Source of the DNA: Candidatus Bipolaricaulia bacterium
Lineage (GTDB): Bacteria > Bipolaricaulota > Bipolaricaulia > M55B111
Direction of reading: 5' to 3'
Assembly: GCA_042218715.1 (NCBI GenBank)
Contig: JBDGQU010000158.1
Span: forward strand, 1-48,565
DNA length: 48,565 bases
Shown: piece by piece, positions 1 to 8,510 of the stretch
How the letters are laid out: every line of letters begins with the position of its first letter
Numbering within the stretch: the first letter of the stretch is position 1
Notes under the pieces: model-generated
Database searches by the model: none
The model's input: the letters and a program-made list of their open reading frames with translations, nothing else
What the model was told of the DNA's origin: nothing
Made by a program: the position numbers and the translations under genes

Positions 1-292
1 ATAGAACTAGTTAGAGAGTTTATTGGATTTGTCTTTATAAAAAGCTACCACCCCCTAACCGGATAACCTATATTAAAAGAAATGGACATTGACATCTGAA
101 ATAACTTAAAGGTTATCTCCTCACTTTAAACGGATAATAGCATAATTATTTATTAATGATCAATAGTGATCATCTAATTTCTAGATACTGTCTATAACAT
201 CCTTATATTATCAAACCTTGGAAGACGAGTCAACCAGAAAAATATTGAGACCTAGGTTGAACGGTCCCACCGCTAAAGACACCTTCTTTTAA

Positions 293-603
293 CTCAGTTT
301 TCACCATTAGGTGTAGGCGCGGCAGATAACGTAAAAGGTAACTTAATCCTAAGTCGTGCGATTCTCTCTCCTGAGACCAACTTCTAATTCAGTCTACAAG
401 AAAAATAGTCCTTAGTTGAGAAACTTAGTTATCCTCACCTGTTATTCTCCCTCTCCCGCTTACCTGGCAACTGTTTTGACCTTAAAATCCTGAAAATACC
501 CTAAATCCGGCAGCCAGGTTAGCGGTAGAGGGAGATAAATAATGAAACCAAGTCGCCGCTCATGAATTCCCGCCTAGTTCCCGTATATGGTGAAAGAACT
601 GAG
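293..603 (+). mobile_element. MITE-like non-autonomous element, copy A (most complete). Left TIR 293-347, central long hairpin 441-543, right TIR 550-603.
   Basis: 293-347 (ctcagttttcaccattaggtgtaggcgcgg...) aligns to the reverse complement of 550-603 (...ccgcctagttcccgtatatggtgaaagaactgag). 441-543 forms a long imperfect stem (ttctccctctcccgcttacctggc / gccaggttagcggtagagggagataa). It is homologous to copies at 5373, 39497 and 47610. No ORF inside. Confidence 0.6.
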
Positions 604-798
604 TACATAAGGCGTTCAGTTAACTCTTCCCTGTTAATTTACCGGGTCAAAACCGGGTAATTTTGGTTAATTTTAATCCTCGCCTCTTGAAAACTTCAAA
701 GTAGTCCCCCAGACTAAATTGAAAATGATATCCGATAAAATCCGTTCCTCGCAAGCTTAGTCATCTAACTACCAACACCTGCAAGGAGTAAAAGTCGC

Positions 799-1440
799 AT
801 GTCAATTTTGTATTACCTGCTATACTTTGCCGGCTTACCATTTATAATCGTATTCTTCTATTTTAAACTCAGATCGGAAAGAGAGTTCATCAACTTCTTC
901 AGTAACCTGAACACCAGAGAGACAGAAGAAAACGTTAAAAGCAAAAAGGGGGCCAGCAAAAGGTACCGGAGGTCAAAGATAATATTCATTATTGTATTGA
1001 TAGCCTTTCTTGGTTCCTGGCACTTTATAACTTCCGAGGTCGCGGACTTTCGGATAAGGCGCGAACTGAAATTCGGTGCTTCAGGAGCTTACAGAGAAAG
1101 CCCCGTCGTGCTATCTCTAGGACCCACCTACGACGTCGACGGAGCGGTGGAAACAATAAAAGAAAAACGAGAGCGCTGGCTCCCGGAAAAGATCAACGAA
1201 GTGGTCAATCTTGACAAGTTAAGTAAACGGATAGGAAGGATAGCTATTTACAGAACTTACGATCAAAGGTACATAATAACATTTACCTACCCCTTGCCTT
1301 ATCCGGTGATTAAAAGCTTTGGATTTCAGTACGTTAAAACAAACGAAGGACAATTAAAGATAATAAAGAAAGATAGCAAAACTATTTATTACCCCCTGGA
1401 CCCGGGATCGGTAGATACTACAGGGAAACTAATATCCTAA
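799..1440 (+). CDS. Hypothetical membrane protein (two N-terminal hydrophobic helices)
   Basis: 213-aa ORF with hydrophobic segments MSILYYLLYFAGLPFIIVFFYF and IIFIIVLIAFLGSW. No recognisable motif. Confidence 0.45.
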   Translation: MSILYYLLYFAGLPFIIVFFYFKLRSEREFINFFSNLNTRETEENVKSKKGASKRYRRSKIIFIIVLIAFLGSWHFITSEVADFRIRRELKFGASGAYRESPVVLSLGPTYDVDGAVETIKEKRERWLPEKINEVVNLDKLSKRIGRIAIYRTYDQRYIITFTYPLPYPVIKSFGFQYVKTNEGQLKIIKKDSKTIYYPLDPGSVDTTGKLIS

Positions 1441-1442
1441 CT

Positions 1443-2168
1443 TTAGCCGGCTTCCCGGGATTCGGTTTCTTCCCCCATAGTTAGCCCAACGAAAAGTACT
1501 GAAATTTCGTAAAGCAGAATAAGTGGAATGGCCATAAACGCCTGGGAAAAAAGGTCAGTCGGGGTTATGAAAGCGGCCACGATAAACGCACCGACAATCA
1601 CGTACCTTCGATTTTTGCGTAAGGTCGCGGGTTTGACAAAGCCTAACCTCGTCACGAGATAGATGAGAAGTGGAACTTCGAAGACGAGTCCGGTCGAGAA
1701 GGTCAACAAAGAGGTAAAAGTTATATAATTCCTCACGGAAAAGCTGGAAACTAGACTCTCCCCTCCCACGTTAGACAAAAACATCATCGTATAAGGCAAC
1801 CCCACGAGGAGAGCCAGCCCAACTCCAGCGTAAAACAATATCCCTCCGAGCAAAAACCCCAGCTTAAACCATTTCTGCTCCTCTTCGAGTAAAGCAGGAA
1901 GGATAAATTTCCAGAATTGGTAGAGTAGCCAGGGAGTGGAGAGAATCAATCCCGTTATTACGGCTAACTTGAGGTAAGTCAGGAACGCTTCCGTGGGATG
2001 AAGGTAAATTAAAGAATCCTCACGGGCCGCTTTTATGAGAAAATCCAGCAAGCGTATCCTAAAATAATAAGCAATACCGCCGAGGAGAACGATCGCAACC
2101 AGGGAGCTTATTATCCTGCTCCTCAATTCTTCCAGGTGCTCCCCGAGCGGTCGTTCTTCGTCTTTCAT
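1443..2168 (-). CDS. tatC: Sec-independent protein translocase TatC (copy 1)
   Basis: 241 aa, multi-TM. N-terminus PLGEHLEELRSRII and the HPTEAFLTYLKL motif are typical of TatC. Lies immediately downstream of tatA. Confidence 0.9.
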   Translation of the reverse strand: MKDEERPLGEHLEELRSRIISSLVAIVLLGGIAYYFRIRLLDFLIKAAREDSLIYLHPTEAFLTYLKLAVITGLILSTPWLLYQFWKFILPALLEEEQKWFKLGFLLGGILFYAGVGLALLVGLPYTMMFLSNVGGESLVSSFSVRNYITFTSLLTFSTGLVFEVPLLIYLVTRLGFVKPATLRKNRRYVIVGAFIVAAFITPTDLFSQAFMAIPLILLYEISVLFVGLTMGEETESREAG

Positions 2169-2187
2169 TCAATAATAATTATGGTCT

Positions 2188-2451
2188 TTAACTTTGATCT
2201 TCGCTATCGTCTTCTTCGTCCGACTTCTCGTCACCAGAACTTCTATCAGAATCCTTGCTACCGGTTTCCGTATCTACGTCAATAGCCTCCTGGGTCTCGT
2301 CGTACTGGTCCTTTATCTTTTGCTTTTCTTTATTGAATTCCCGGACACCTTTCCCCAGAGACCGCGCAAGTTCAGGTAACCTTTCCCCACCAAATATCAC
2401 GAGAATTATTACGAGGATAATTATTAACTCAGTTGGGCCCAATCCGAACAT
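2188..2451 (-). CDS. tatA: Sec-independent translocase TatA/E with acidic C-terminal tail
   Basis: [39 protein letters not shown] is the canonical TatA TM helix plus amphipathic helix. Confidence 0.9.
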   Translation of the reverse strand: MFGLGPTELIIILVIILVIFGGERLPELARSLGKGVREFNKEKQKIKDQYDETQEAIDVDTETGSKDSDRSSGDEKSDEEDDSEDQS

Positions 2452-2608
2452 TAGTCTATAACACCTCCAATCTTGCTAAAATTATTTTAACGTATCGCCT
2501 TTCAAAATGTAATACCTATTAAAGGAGACCAGAACTCGTAGCCAAATTTCCACCGGTAATGAGCTTACCTATCCCCTTCCCTCGATACTTCTCTTCTCCC
2601 TTACCTGC

Positions 2609-3325
2609 TTACCGGCGCTCCGCAACTCCAGCAAGCAATATGGATAAACCGTATAGGATTAGCAACGGACCCCAAAGGAACATCTGGGTGATCGGGTCAG
2701 GAGGAGTAAGCACTGCCGCCAGAATCGCTGCCCCAACAAGAGCTATTCTCCACTGGCTCGTCAGCGTTTCTCTTGTTATCAATCCCAGTCTCGCCAGCCC
2801 GAAAGAGACCACCGGCATTTCAAAGACGAAACCAAAAATTAGCGTAAATGCCATCACAAAAGACGCGTAGTTCCCCACGGTAAACGTGGCACGCAAGCTC
2901 TCACCGCTGATTCCTTTCAAGAAATCCAGAGCAAAAGGTAAAACCCCGAGGAGCGCGAACGCGGCTCCCGCATAAAAAAATACGCTTCCAAAACCAAATA
3001 GAGTCCAGACAAACCCCCTACCAAACCGCTCGCTTTTGGCGAGAAAAGGGGTGGCAATCTGGATGATCTGGTATAGAAGATAAGGTGCACTAACAAGAAC
3101 ACCGACGAATAGAGAGAGCTTAATGTAAGTAAAAAAGGCTTCCGTGGGATGGATAAAAATCAATTCTTTATCTACCAGGGGTCTCTGGATAAACCCTAGA
3201 ACCCGGTCCCTAAAGATGTAGGCAGCAATTCCCACTAAAATAATCGCAACAAAACTACGGATCAACCTACCCCTAAGGTCTTCTGTCCGCCCCAGCATGT
3301 CCTGAAATAAATTACTATTTGCCAC
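2609..3325 (-). CDS. tatC: Sec-independent protein translocase TatC (copy 2, paralog)
   Basis: 238 aa with the same architecture as copy 1 (LRGRLIRSFVAIIL..., HPTEAFFTYIKL). Confidence 0.88.
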   Translation of the reverse strand: MANSNLFQDMLGRTEDLRGRLIRSFVAIILVGIAAYIFRDRVLGFIQRPLVDKELIFIHPTEAFFTYIKLSLFVGVLVSAPYLLYQIIQIATPFLAKSERFGRGFVWTLFGFGSVFFYAGAAFALLGVLPFALDFLKGISGESLRATFTVGNYASFVMAFTLIFGFVFEMPVVSFGLARLGLITRETLTSQWRIALVGAAILAAVLTPPDPITQMFLWGPLLILYGLSILLAGVAERR

Positions 3326-3366
3326 GATAGATTAGATTACGATTCTCCGCGTCGGTTGGATAAATA

Positions 3367-3660
3367 CTAGCCATTATCGATAAGCTTATCCTGAACCTCT
3401 TCCGCTTCCATATCTAGCGCCGAAGCGACCTCTTCTACGTCCATCTCTTCTTCCATTTTTTCCGTTAACTCTAGTAATTTTTCTATATTCACTCGTTCGT
3501 CAAGCCACCTATCAACTTCCGTCTTTCTGATCTTTGTCCTGCCGTTAAGCTCCATTGCCTCTAACTCTTCCTCTTCGATCAGTTCCCGGACCCCCTCAAC
3601 GCTTAACCCGGCATATTCCGCTACGTCCGAAACCGAGAGGTACGCTTCAAACTTATTCAT
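3367..3660 (-). CDS. Small helix-turn-helix DNA-binding protein (excisionase/MerR-like HTH) with acidic C-terminus
   Basis: LSVSDVAEYAGLSVEGVRELIEE...KIRKTEVDRWL resembles the HTH_17/excisionase-type fold. 97 aa. Confidence 0.55.
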   Translation of the reverse strand: MNKFEAYLSVSDVAEYAGLSVEGVRELIEEEELEAMELNGRTKIRKTEVDRWLDERVNIEKLLELTEKMEEEMDVEEVASALDMEAEEVQDKLIDNG

Positions 3661-3728
3661 GTTATCACCCGATAGGAGTAAAGGTTCTGTTGTACATTAT
3701 CAAAACCGTTACCAGCAACCCGCGAAAT

Positions 3729-5162
3729 TTAACGATCCCTCTCCACCGTCCAAACGGTTTCTCCCTCTTGATCCTTTATCTCTATCCCCATTTCTTCAAG
3801 CTCGGCTCTTATCCGGTCAGCCAGTTCCCAGTCCTGTTGGTCTCTCAGTTCGTTTCTTACTTCCAGCAGAAGTTCCAGCAAATCTTTTTCCAGGCCAGCT
3901 GCAGAAACCTCCTCTCTTCCCTGAAATAGACCGAGTGGTTCGGCCAGTTCCTGTACTTTGTTCTTAGCTTCTTCCAGCAAATAGTAATTTTCGCTCTCCG
4001 ACTGGGTGCGGAACCTATTAGCCCGTTTCACCAGGTCAAATATTACGCCTAACCCACCGGGCGTATTGAAGTCTTTGTCCATTTCATCCTCAAACCGCTT
4101 TCTAGCGTCGTCAATCGCTTTCTTTAATTCTCTCCCCGCTTCGTCGAGGGATTCAGCCTCATTTTTACCAGGTATTTCCTGCTCCTCAACCATACTTATA
4201 AACTCGTAAACCCTGTCTACCGCCCTACTAGCATCTTTCAGGTTTTTGTCGCTAAAGTTCAGTGGCTTTCTATAATGAGTGGAAAAGTAGAAATACCTTA
4301 TGGTCTCTCGATTGTACTCCTTCAAAACGTCTCTAGCGTACTCGAAGTTGCCGAGCGACTTCGACATTTTCTCACCTTCAAACTGAAGTAGCCCGTTGTG
4401 GAGCCAATAACGGCAAAACTTCTTTCCGGTCCTCGCTTCGGACTGAGCAATTTCGTTCTCGTGATGGGGAAATATTAAATCGTGACCCCCTACGTGTATA
4501 TCTATCGTCTCACCCAGTGTTTCCTGGGCCATGACGGAACATTCGATGTGCCATCCGGGCCGACCTCTCCCCCAGGGACTGTCCCAGCCCGGTTCGTCCG
4601 AATCGGAGCTTTTCCAGAGAGCAAAGTCGAGGGGATCCTCCTTCCTGTCATCAACCTCTACTCTTGCACCGCTCTTTAGGTCATCTATGGACCGACCAGA
4701 CAGCTTACCGTACTCGGCAAACTTCCTCACCCTGAAGTATACGTCTCCCTCCACCTCGTAACCGTAGCCTTTTTCAATCAGGGCGCTAACGTGGTCAATT
4801 ATCCTGTCCACGTATTCGGTTACCCTGGGCTCGTAATCTGCTTCCCTCACTCCCAGTTTGTCCAGATCCTCGAAATAGGCTTTGGCGTACTTTTCCGCGA
4901 GCTCTTCCGGGTCGACACTTTCCTCTTCCGCCCTGTCTATTATCTTGTCATCCAGGTCAGTGACGTTCTGAGTAAACTCGACTTCGTACCCTTTGAACTC
5001 GAGGTACCGGCGAAGACCTTCAAAAACTATAAACGGTCTTGCATTTCCTATGTGGAAGTAATCGTAAACCGTCGGTCCGCAACTATAGAAGCGGACCTTC
5101 CCTTCCTCCTGGGGTTCGAACTTTTCCCGATTTCCCGTTAACGTGTTATGTAGTTGCAACAT
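3729..5162 (-). CDS. cysS: Cysteine--tRNA ligase
   Basis: HIGNARP (HIGH motif), KMSKSLGN (KMSKS motif) and WHIECS. 477 aa. Confidence 0.95.
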   Translation of the reverse strand: MLQLHNTLTGNREKFEPQEEGKVRFYSCGPTVYDYFHIGNARPFIVFEGLRRYLEFKGYEVEFTQNVTDLDDKIIDRAEEESVDPEELAEKYAKAYFEDLDKLGVREADYEPRVTEYVDRIIDHVSALIEKGYGYEVEGDVYFRVRKFAEYGKLSGRSIDDLKSGARVEVDDRKEDPLDFALWKSSDSDEPGWDSPWGRGRPGWHIECSVMAQETLGETIDIHVGGHDLIFPHHENEIAQSEARTGKKFCRYWLHNGLLQFEGEKMSKSLGNFEYARDVLKEYNRETIRYFYFSTHYRKPLNFSDKNLKDASRAVDRVYEFISMVEEQEIPGKNEAESLDEAGRELKKAIDDARKRFEDEMDKDFNTPGGLGVIFDLVKRANRFRTQSESENYYLLEEAKNKVQELAEPLGLFQGREEVSAAGLEKDLLELLLEVRNELRDQQDWELADRIRAELEEMGIEIKDQEGETVWTVERDR

Positions 5163-5372
5163 TGACTTTCACCTAAACGTCCTGGATAAACGGATAATCG
5201 CGGTTAAACCAGTGAAAATGCTAAAAAAATTACTGTCGTAAAAATCAGAATGGATCGGTTCAATTTGAGACAGTATAAGCAAGGACGGAGAGAAATACAA
5301 TCCACCTAACATTTTCGAAGCTAGTCTGGTGGGCAATTGTAAAGCTGTTAATCAAGACCTCTATCTATTATA

Positions 5373-5577
5373 CTCAAATTCAGTTATTTTAATATCGTTT
5401 TGGTAAATATTTAGCCTGTTATCCCCCATCAACCGTTTACCTGGCGACTGATATAATTTTAAAACCAAATTCCCGAAATCCCGGGAGCCGGGCAAGCGAC
5501 TACGGGTATAAACGATAAAATTAAGTCACCGTTCGGGAATTCCCGTCTAGTTTTCATATAATAATGAAAGGACGGAG
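5373..5577 (+). mobile_element. MITE-like element, divergent copy C (hairpin 5418-5513, right TIR 5523-5577)
   Basis: Collinear with copies A and B: left end ctcaaattcagttatttt, arms gttatcccccatcaaccgtttacctggc / gccgggcaagcgactacgggtataaac, right arm aagtcaccgttcgggaattcccgtctagttttcatataataatgaaaggacggag. An extra right-end-like fragment lies at ~5268-5302. Confidence 0.55.
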
Positions 5578-5718
5578 CCAAAATACAAAATACGTTGTTC
5601 GATCTCCGAATGCTAAAAACCGAAATCCAAAGAAACACTAATTTTAATGAACGGATATTAAGTAACGTGATACTGAAACGTATTGCTATCCGATGAAATA
5701 GTTTCGAGGAGCACCAAT

Positions 5719-6267
5719 ATGGCAAACGAAAATATCCCCAACGCGTTGACGGTATTCCGCATCATATCAGTTCCCTTCGTTATGTTTTTACTGTTATCGG
5801 ACATGAACCTGGCAGCTCTGGGTCTATTTCTGTTTTCATCATTAACGGATCTTGTCGACGGCTACCTTGCCAGAAAATACGACAGAACGAGCCCGTTTGG
5901 GAAGTTTGCGGACCCAATCGCCGACAAATTACTGGTTTCAGCGATATTAATTACGTTCGTTCAGCTGGGAAAACTCACCGCCGCGCCCGTAGTGGTAATA
6001 ATAAGCAGGGAGTTCCTCGTAACCGGACTTCGTCTCCTGGGGGCGACCAAAGAGAAGGTAATTTCTGCAAGCTGGTTTGGAAAGACAAAAACTATCTCCC
6101 ACCTCGTCCTTATTGCTGCCATCACGATAAATCTGGAGTTCCGGCTAGTCTGGCTGGAAAGAACTATCCCGTGGTTGGTATATCTGGCAATGGTGACCGC
6201 GCTCGCATCGGGCATAGACTACCTGTATAGCAATAAAAAATTGATTAAGGAGTGCTTTTTGGATTGA
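5719..6267 (+). CDS. pgsA: CDP-diacylglycerol--glycerol-3-phosphate 3-phosphatidyltransferase
   Basis: CDP-alcohol phosphatidyltransferase motif DGYLARKYDRTSPFGKFADPIADK. ATG at 5719 is preceded by GAGGAG, so it is preferred over the track start at 5683. Confidence 0.85.
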   Translation: MANENIPNALTVFRIISVPFVMFLLLSDMNLAALGLFLFSSLTDLVDGYLARKYDRTSPFGKFADPIADKLLVSAILITFVQLGKLTAAPVVVIISREFLVTGLRLLGATKEKVISASWFGKTKTISHLVLIAAITINLEFRLVWLERTIPWLVYLAMVTALASGIDYLYSNKKLIKECFLD

Positions 6268-6275
6268 GCAAACAG

Positions 6276-6632
6276 TCAAGCGCTCTTTAGCTTTTTGAGA
6301 GGGTAGTCTCTGTCGACCCAGAGATCGTCCAGGTCGTAGAATTTCCTGACCTCTTCGTTAAAAAGATGGATCATTACTTCCCCGTAATCGAGGACAACCC
6401 ACGATCCCGTATCGAGACCCTCCTTATGATCTACCGGTTCATCGTACTTTTCCAGTACCTCCTCAGCCAAGGCTTTAACGTGTTTCGGATTGGTGCCATT
6501 GGCGAGAACGAAAAACCGGGTGGCAATAGTATGATCCCTCATATCCAGAACTTTAGCCTGCTCTCCCTTTTTATCCTCGATAATTTCGAGAAATTTCAGC
6601 AGGTTTCTTTTTTCCTCTTCATTAAGAGACAA
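6276..6632 (-). CDS. rsfS: Ribosome silencing factor RsfS (iojap-like)
   Basis: 118 aa. KGEQAKVLDMRDHTIATRFFVLANGTNPKHVKALAEEV is typical of RsfS. Confidence 0.85.
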   Translation of the reverse strand: MSLNEEEKRNLLKFLEIIEDKKGEQAKVLDMRDHTIATRFFVLANGTNPKHVKALAEEVLEKYDEPVDHKEGLDTGSWVVLDYGEVMIHLFNEEVRKFYDLDDLWVDRDYPLKKLKSA

Positions 6633-7815
6633 AGCTTGGCGACCCCTTTCCCATTATTAAAAGTAAATTGGTCGACGCCGGGGGATTCACACCCGCTCCT
6701 TCGAGCGAGCTCATTGTTTCCTGAAAGTTTTTCGATTTAACTACGTTCAACTCAAAATCCAATTCCCGGGCAAGACGGTCTGCAACTTTAGCCCCCTTTT
6801 CGTTTAAAGTCACAAGGTAACTGGTTTCGTAGTCAAACCGATCGGCGTTATCCGTCCCCGTGACCGAAAACCCCAGACCGGTAAGTCTATCGGCGGTTTT
6901 CCTAGCCAGGTAATTAGTCCCCTCTCCGTTTAATATGTAAACCTTCGCGTCGGCATTGCTAACCATATTCACCCCGTGAACTTCCTGGGCTATTACCTTT
7001 CTAGTTTCCACTATTCGGGGTAACAGGACTGACTTGTTGTTAATTCTGGCTGGCTTTCCTGACAGAGTTATCATATCGAAATCTTTGGTCCCCAGATTCT
7101 TCAAGTTCCTACCCAGGTCGTACATATCCATAAGAGAAAGATTGGTCTTGGCGTATTTTCTACCCGTATTAATTACGTTTTTAATCTGGGACCATCCCTC
7201 GAGATTTACGCCCCCCTGGAGCAGGGCCCGAAGGAATTTCTGCTGCCTGTTAATCCGCTGGAGGTCGCTCTGGTTGCCCCGGTACCTTACGTAACCCATT
7301 GCTTCTTCTCCGCTGAGAGTCTGAGTTCCCGGTTTAATGTCAATACTTAGGTTCTGGGCTTTGTCCGTATACTGTAACCGCTTTTCCACGGTTATTTTTA
7401 CTCCGCCCATCAAGTCGACTATTTCCTTGAACCCTTCGTAATCAACTACCAGGTAAAAGTTTATCGGCAACCCCAAGAAGTTCGATACCATCCTTCTAGC
7501 CAGTTGCGGTCCGCCTATGGCGTAAGCAGCGTTTATCCTCCGGAAGTTTCCGTCCGGATACTTCACGAAAATATCCCGAGGTATTGATATTAAGCTGGCC
7601 TTTTTTTTCGCCGTATCTATACTGGCTAGCATCATCGTGTCGCTGCGCCGAGCCTGAGAGCCTTCAATATGATCTATACCCAGGACAAGAAGGTTTATCT
7701 TCTCTCCTTTCTTAACCAGCTCGTTGACGTTCCGTTGATTGAGAAGATAGATTCCTATCCCGGATCCAACTATTAGTATTACCAGAACGACTGTTATCGA
7801 TATTTTCCATTTCAT
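6622..7815 (-). CDS. LytR-CpsA-Psr (LCP) family cell-envelope phosphotransferase with C-terminal LytR_C-like domain
   Basis: N-terminal TM helix, then INLLVLGIDH...RSDTMMLASID...SIPRDIFV, characteristic of LCP proteins. Overlaps the rsfS start by 11 nt. Confidence 0.8.
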   Translation of the reverse strand: MKWKISITVVLVILIVGSGIGIYLLNQRNVNELVKKGEKINLLVLGIDHIEGSQARRSDTMMLASIDTAKKKASLISIPRDIFVKYPDGNFRRINAAYAIGGPQLARRMVSNFLGLPINFYLVVDYEGFKEIVDLMGGVKITVEKRLQYTDKAQNLSIDIKPGTQTLSGEEAMGYVRYRGNQSDLQRINRQQKFLRALLQGGVNLEGWSQIKNVINTGRKYAKTNLSLMDMYDLGRNLKNLGTKDFDMITLSGKPARINNKSVLLPRIVETRKVIAQEVHGVNMVSNADAKVYILNGEGTNYLARKTADRLTGLGFSVTGTDNADRFDYETSYLVTLNEKGAKVADRLARELDFELNVVKSKNFQETMSSLEGAGVNPPASTNLLLIMGKGSPSFVS

Positions 7816-7885
7816 CTTAACATCACGCTTAACTTAACGCATCCTCACGGTTAAGTCAAGGATTTAGTCGAGGACCCAGCTAGCT

Positions 7886-7914
7886 TTGAATAAGGGGTCT
7901 CTTGTCTCTATAAT
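7886..7914 (+). promoter_or_regulatory. Candidate sigma70 promoter TTGAAT-N17-TATAAT for the AMMECR1 gene
   Basis: TTGAAT at 7886-7891, 17-nt spacer, TATAAT at 7909-7914. The ATG at 7923 lies only 8 nt after the -10 element. Confidence 0.4.
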
Positions 7915-7922
7915 AAAGAGAA

Positions 7923-8456
7923 ATGGAAGATAACTACGTAAAGTTAGCCAAAAAGGCAGTCCAGAAGGCTGTCACCGGCAAGAATCCGGGTGGGATTCAA
8001 GAACTTAAGGACTCTCTACCAGAAGAGTCCAGGGGGGTATTCGTAACTTTAAAGAGACCGGGCGGAGAACTGCGCGGGTGTATAGGTACATATACTCCGG
8101 TTACGGAATCGGTAGCCGAAGAAATAATGAGAAATGCTTCTTCGGCAGCTCTGGAAGACCCTCGGTTCTCGCCTGTTAAACCGGATGAACTAGATGAATT
8201 GACGCTATCTGTAGACATCCTATCTCAGCCGGAAGTTTGTGACAGGGAAGATCTGAATCCCGACAAGTACGGGATCATTCTAGAAAAAGGGACTAAATCC
8301 GGCCTATTATTACCGGACCTGGAAGGAATAGACTCCGTCGAAGAACAGATCGAAGTAACTAAGAACAAAGCGGGCATTCCCCCGAGGGACGAGAACTTCG
8401 TAATCAAACGCTTCGAGGTCGAAAGACACGAGGGAGAAGGGCCTATTGACAATTAA
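7923..8456 (+). CDS. AMMECR1 domain protein
   Basis: GVFVTLKR...LRGCIGT...DPRF motif set typical of AMMECR1. 177 aa. Confidence 0.8.
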   Translation: MEDNYVKLAKKAVQKAVTGKNPGGIQELKDSLPEESRGVFVTLKRPGGELRGCIGTYTPVTESVAEEIMRNASSAALEDPRFSPVKPDELDELTLSVDILSQPEVCDREDLNPDKYGIILEKGTKSGLLLPDLEGIDSVEEQIEVTKNKAGIPPRDENFVIKRFEVERHEGEGPIDN

Positions 8457-8510
8457 TTTTTTCCCATCTTCTATCCGCACCTGAACTATATATCTGACAC
8501 CATTGACACT

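Noticed and set aside
128-140. The 11-mer aaacggataat is shared between 128-140 and 5187-5199, both upstream of MITE copies.
   Set aside because: Hundreds of 11-mer coincidences are expected by chance in a 48-kb self-comparison, and there is no extended flanking similarity.
548-606. The right-arm module (gaattcccgcctagttcccgtatatggtgaaag) superficially resembles a CRISPR repeat, at ~31 nt with a GAAAG end.
   Set aside because: Copies are single and dispersed, never tandemly spaced. They occur as inverted pairs flanking the hairpin, and no cas genes are present. They are better explained as the terminal inverted repeats of a MITE.
2585-2612. tctcccttacctgcttaccgg, downstream of tatC copy 2, resembles the 5' arm of the MITE hairpin (tctcccgcttacctggc).
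   Set aside because: There is only a ~12-15-nt interrupted match, with no partner arm, loop or TIR. That is within chance expectation for a pyrimidine-rich segment.
3367-3660. The excisionase-like HTH gene as a marker of a prophage or integrative element.
   Set aside because: There is no integrase, att-like repeat, tRNA or phage gene nearby. It sits inside a housekeeping cysS-tat gene string on the same strand.
5163-5400. Possible T-box leader upstream of cysS (minus strand), and likewise upstream of trpE.
   Set aside because: I found no match to the conserved T-box sequence (…GGGTGGTACCGCG-like). Only an isolated aggtgg is present. The trp leader is better explained by a leader peptide plus terminator.
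5459-5725. 88-aa ORF on the minus strand in the cysS-pgsA spacer.
   Set aside because: It lies across MITE copy C and overlaps the pgsA start. It has no SD, and its composition is that of repeat or spacer DNA.
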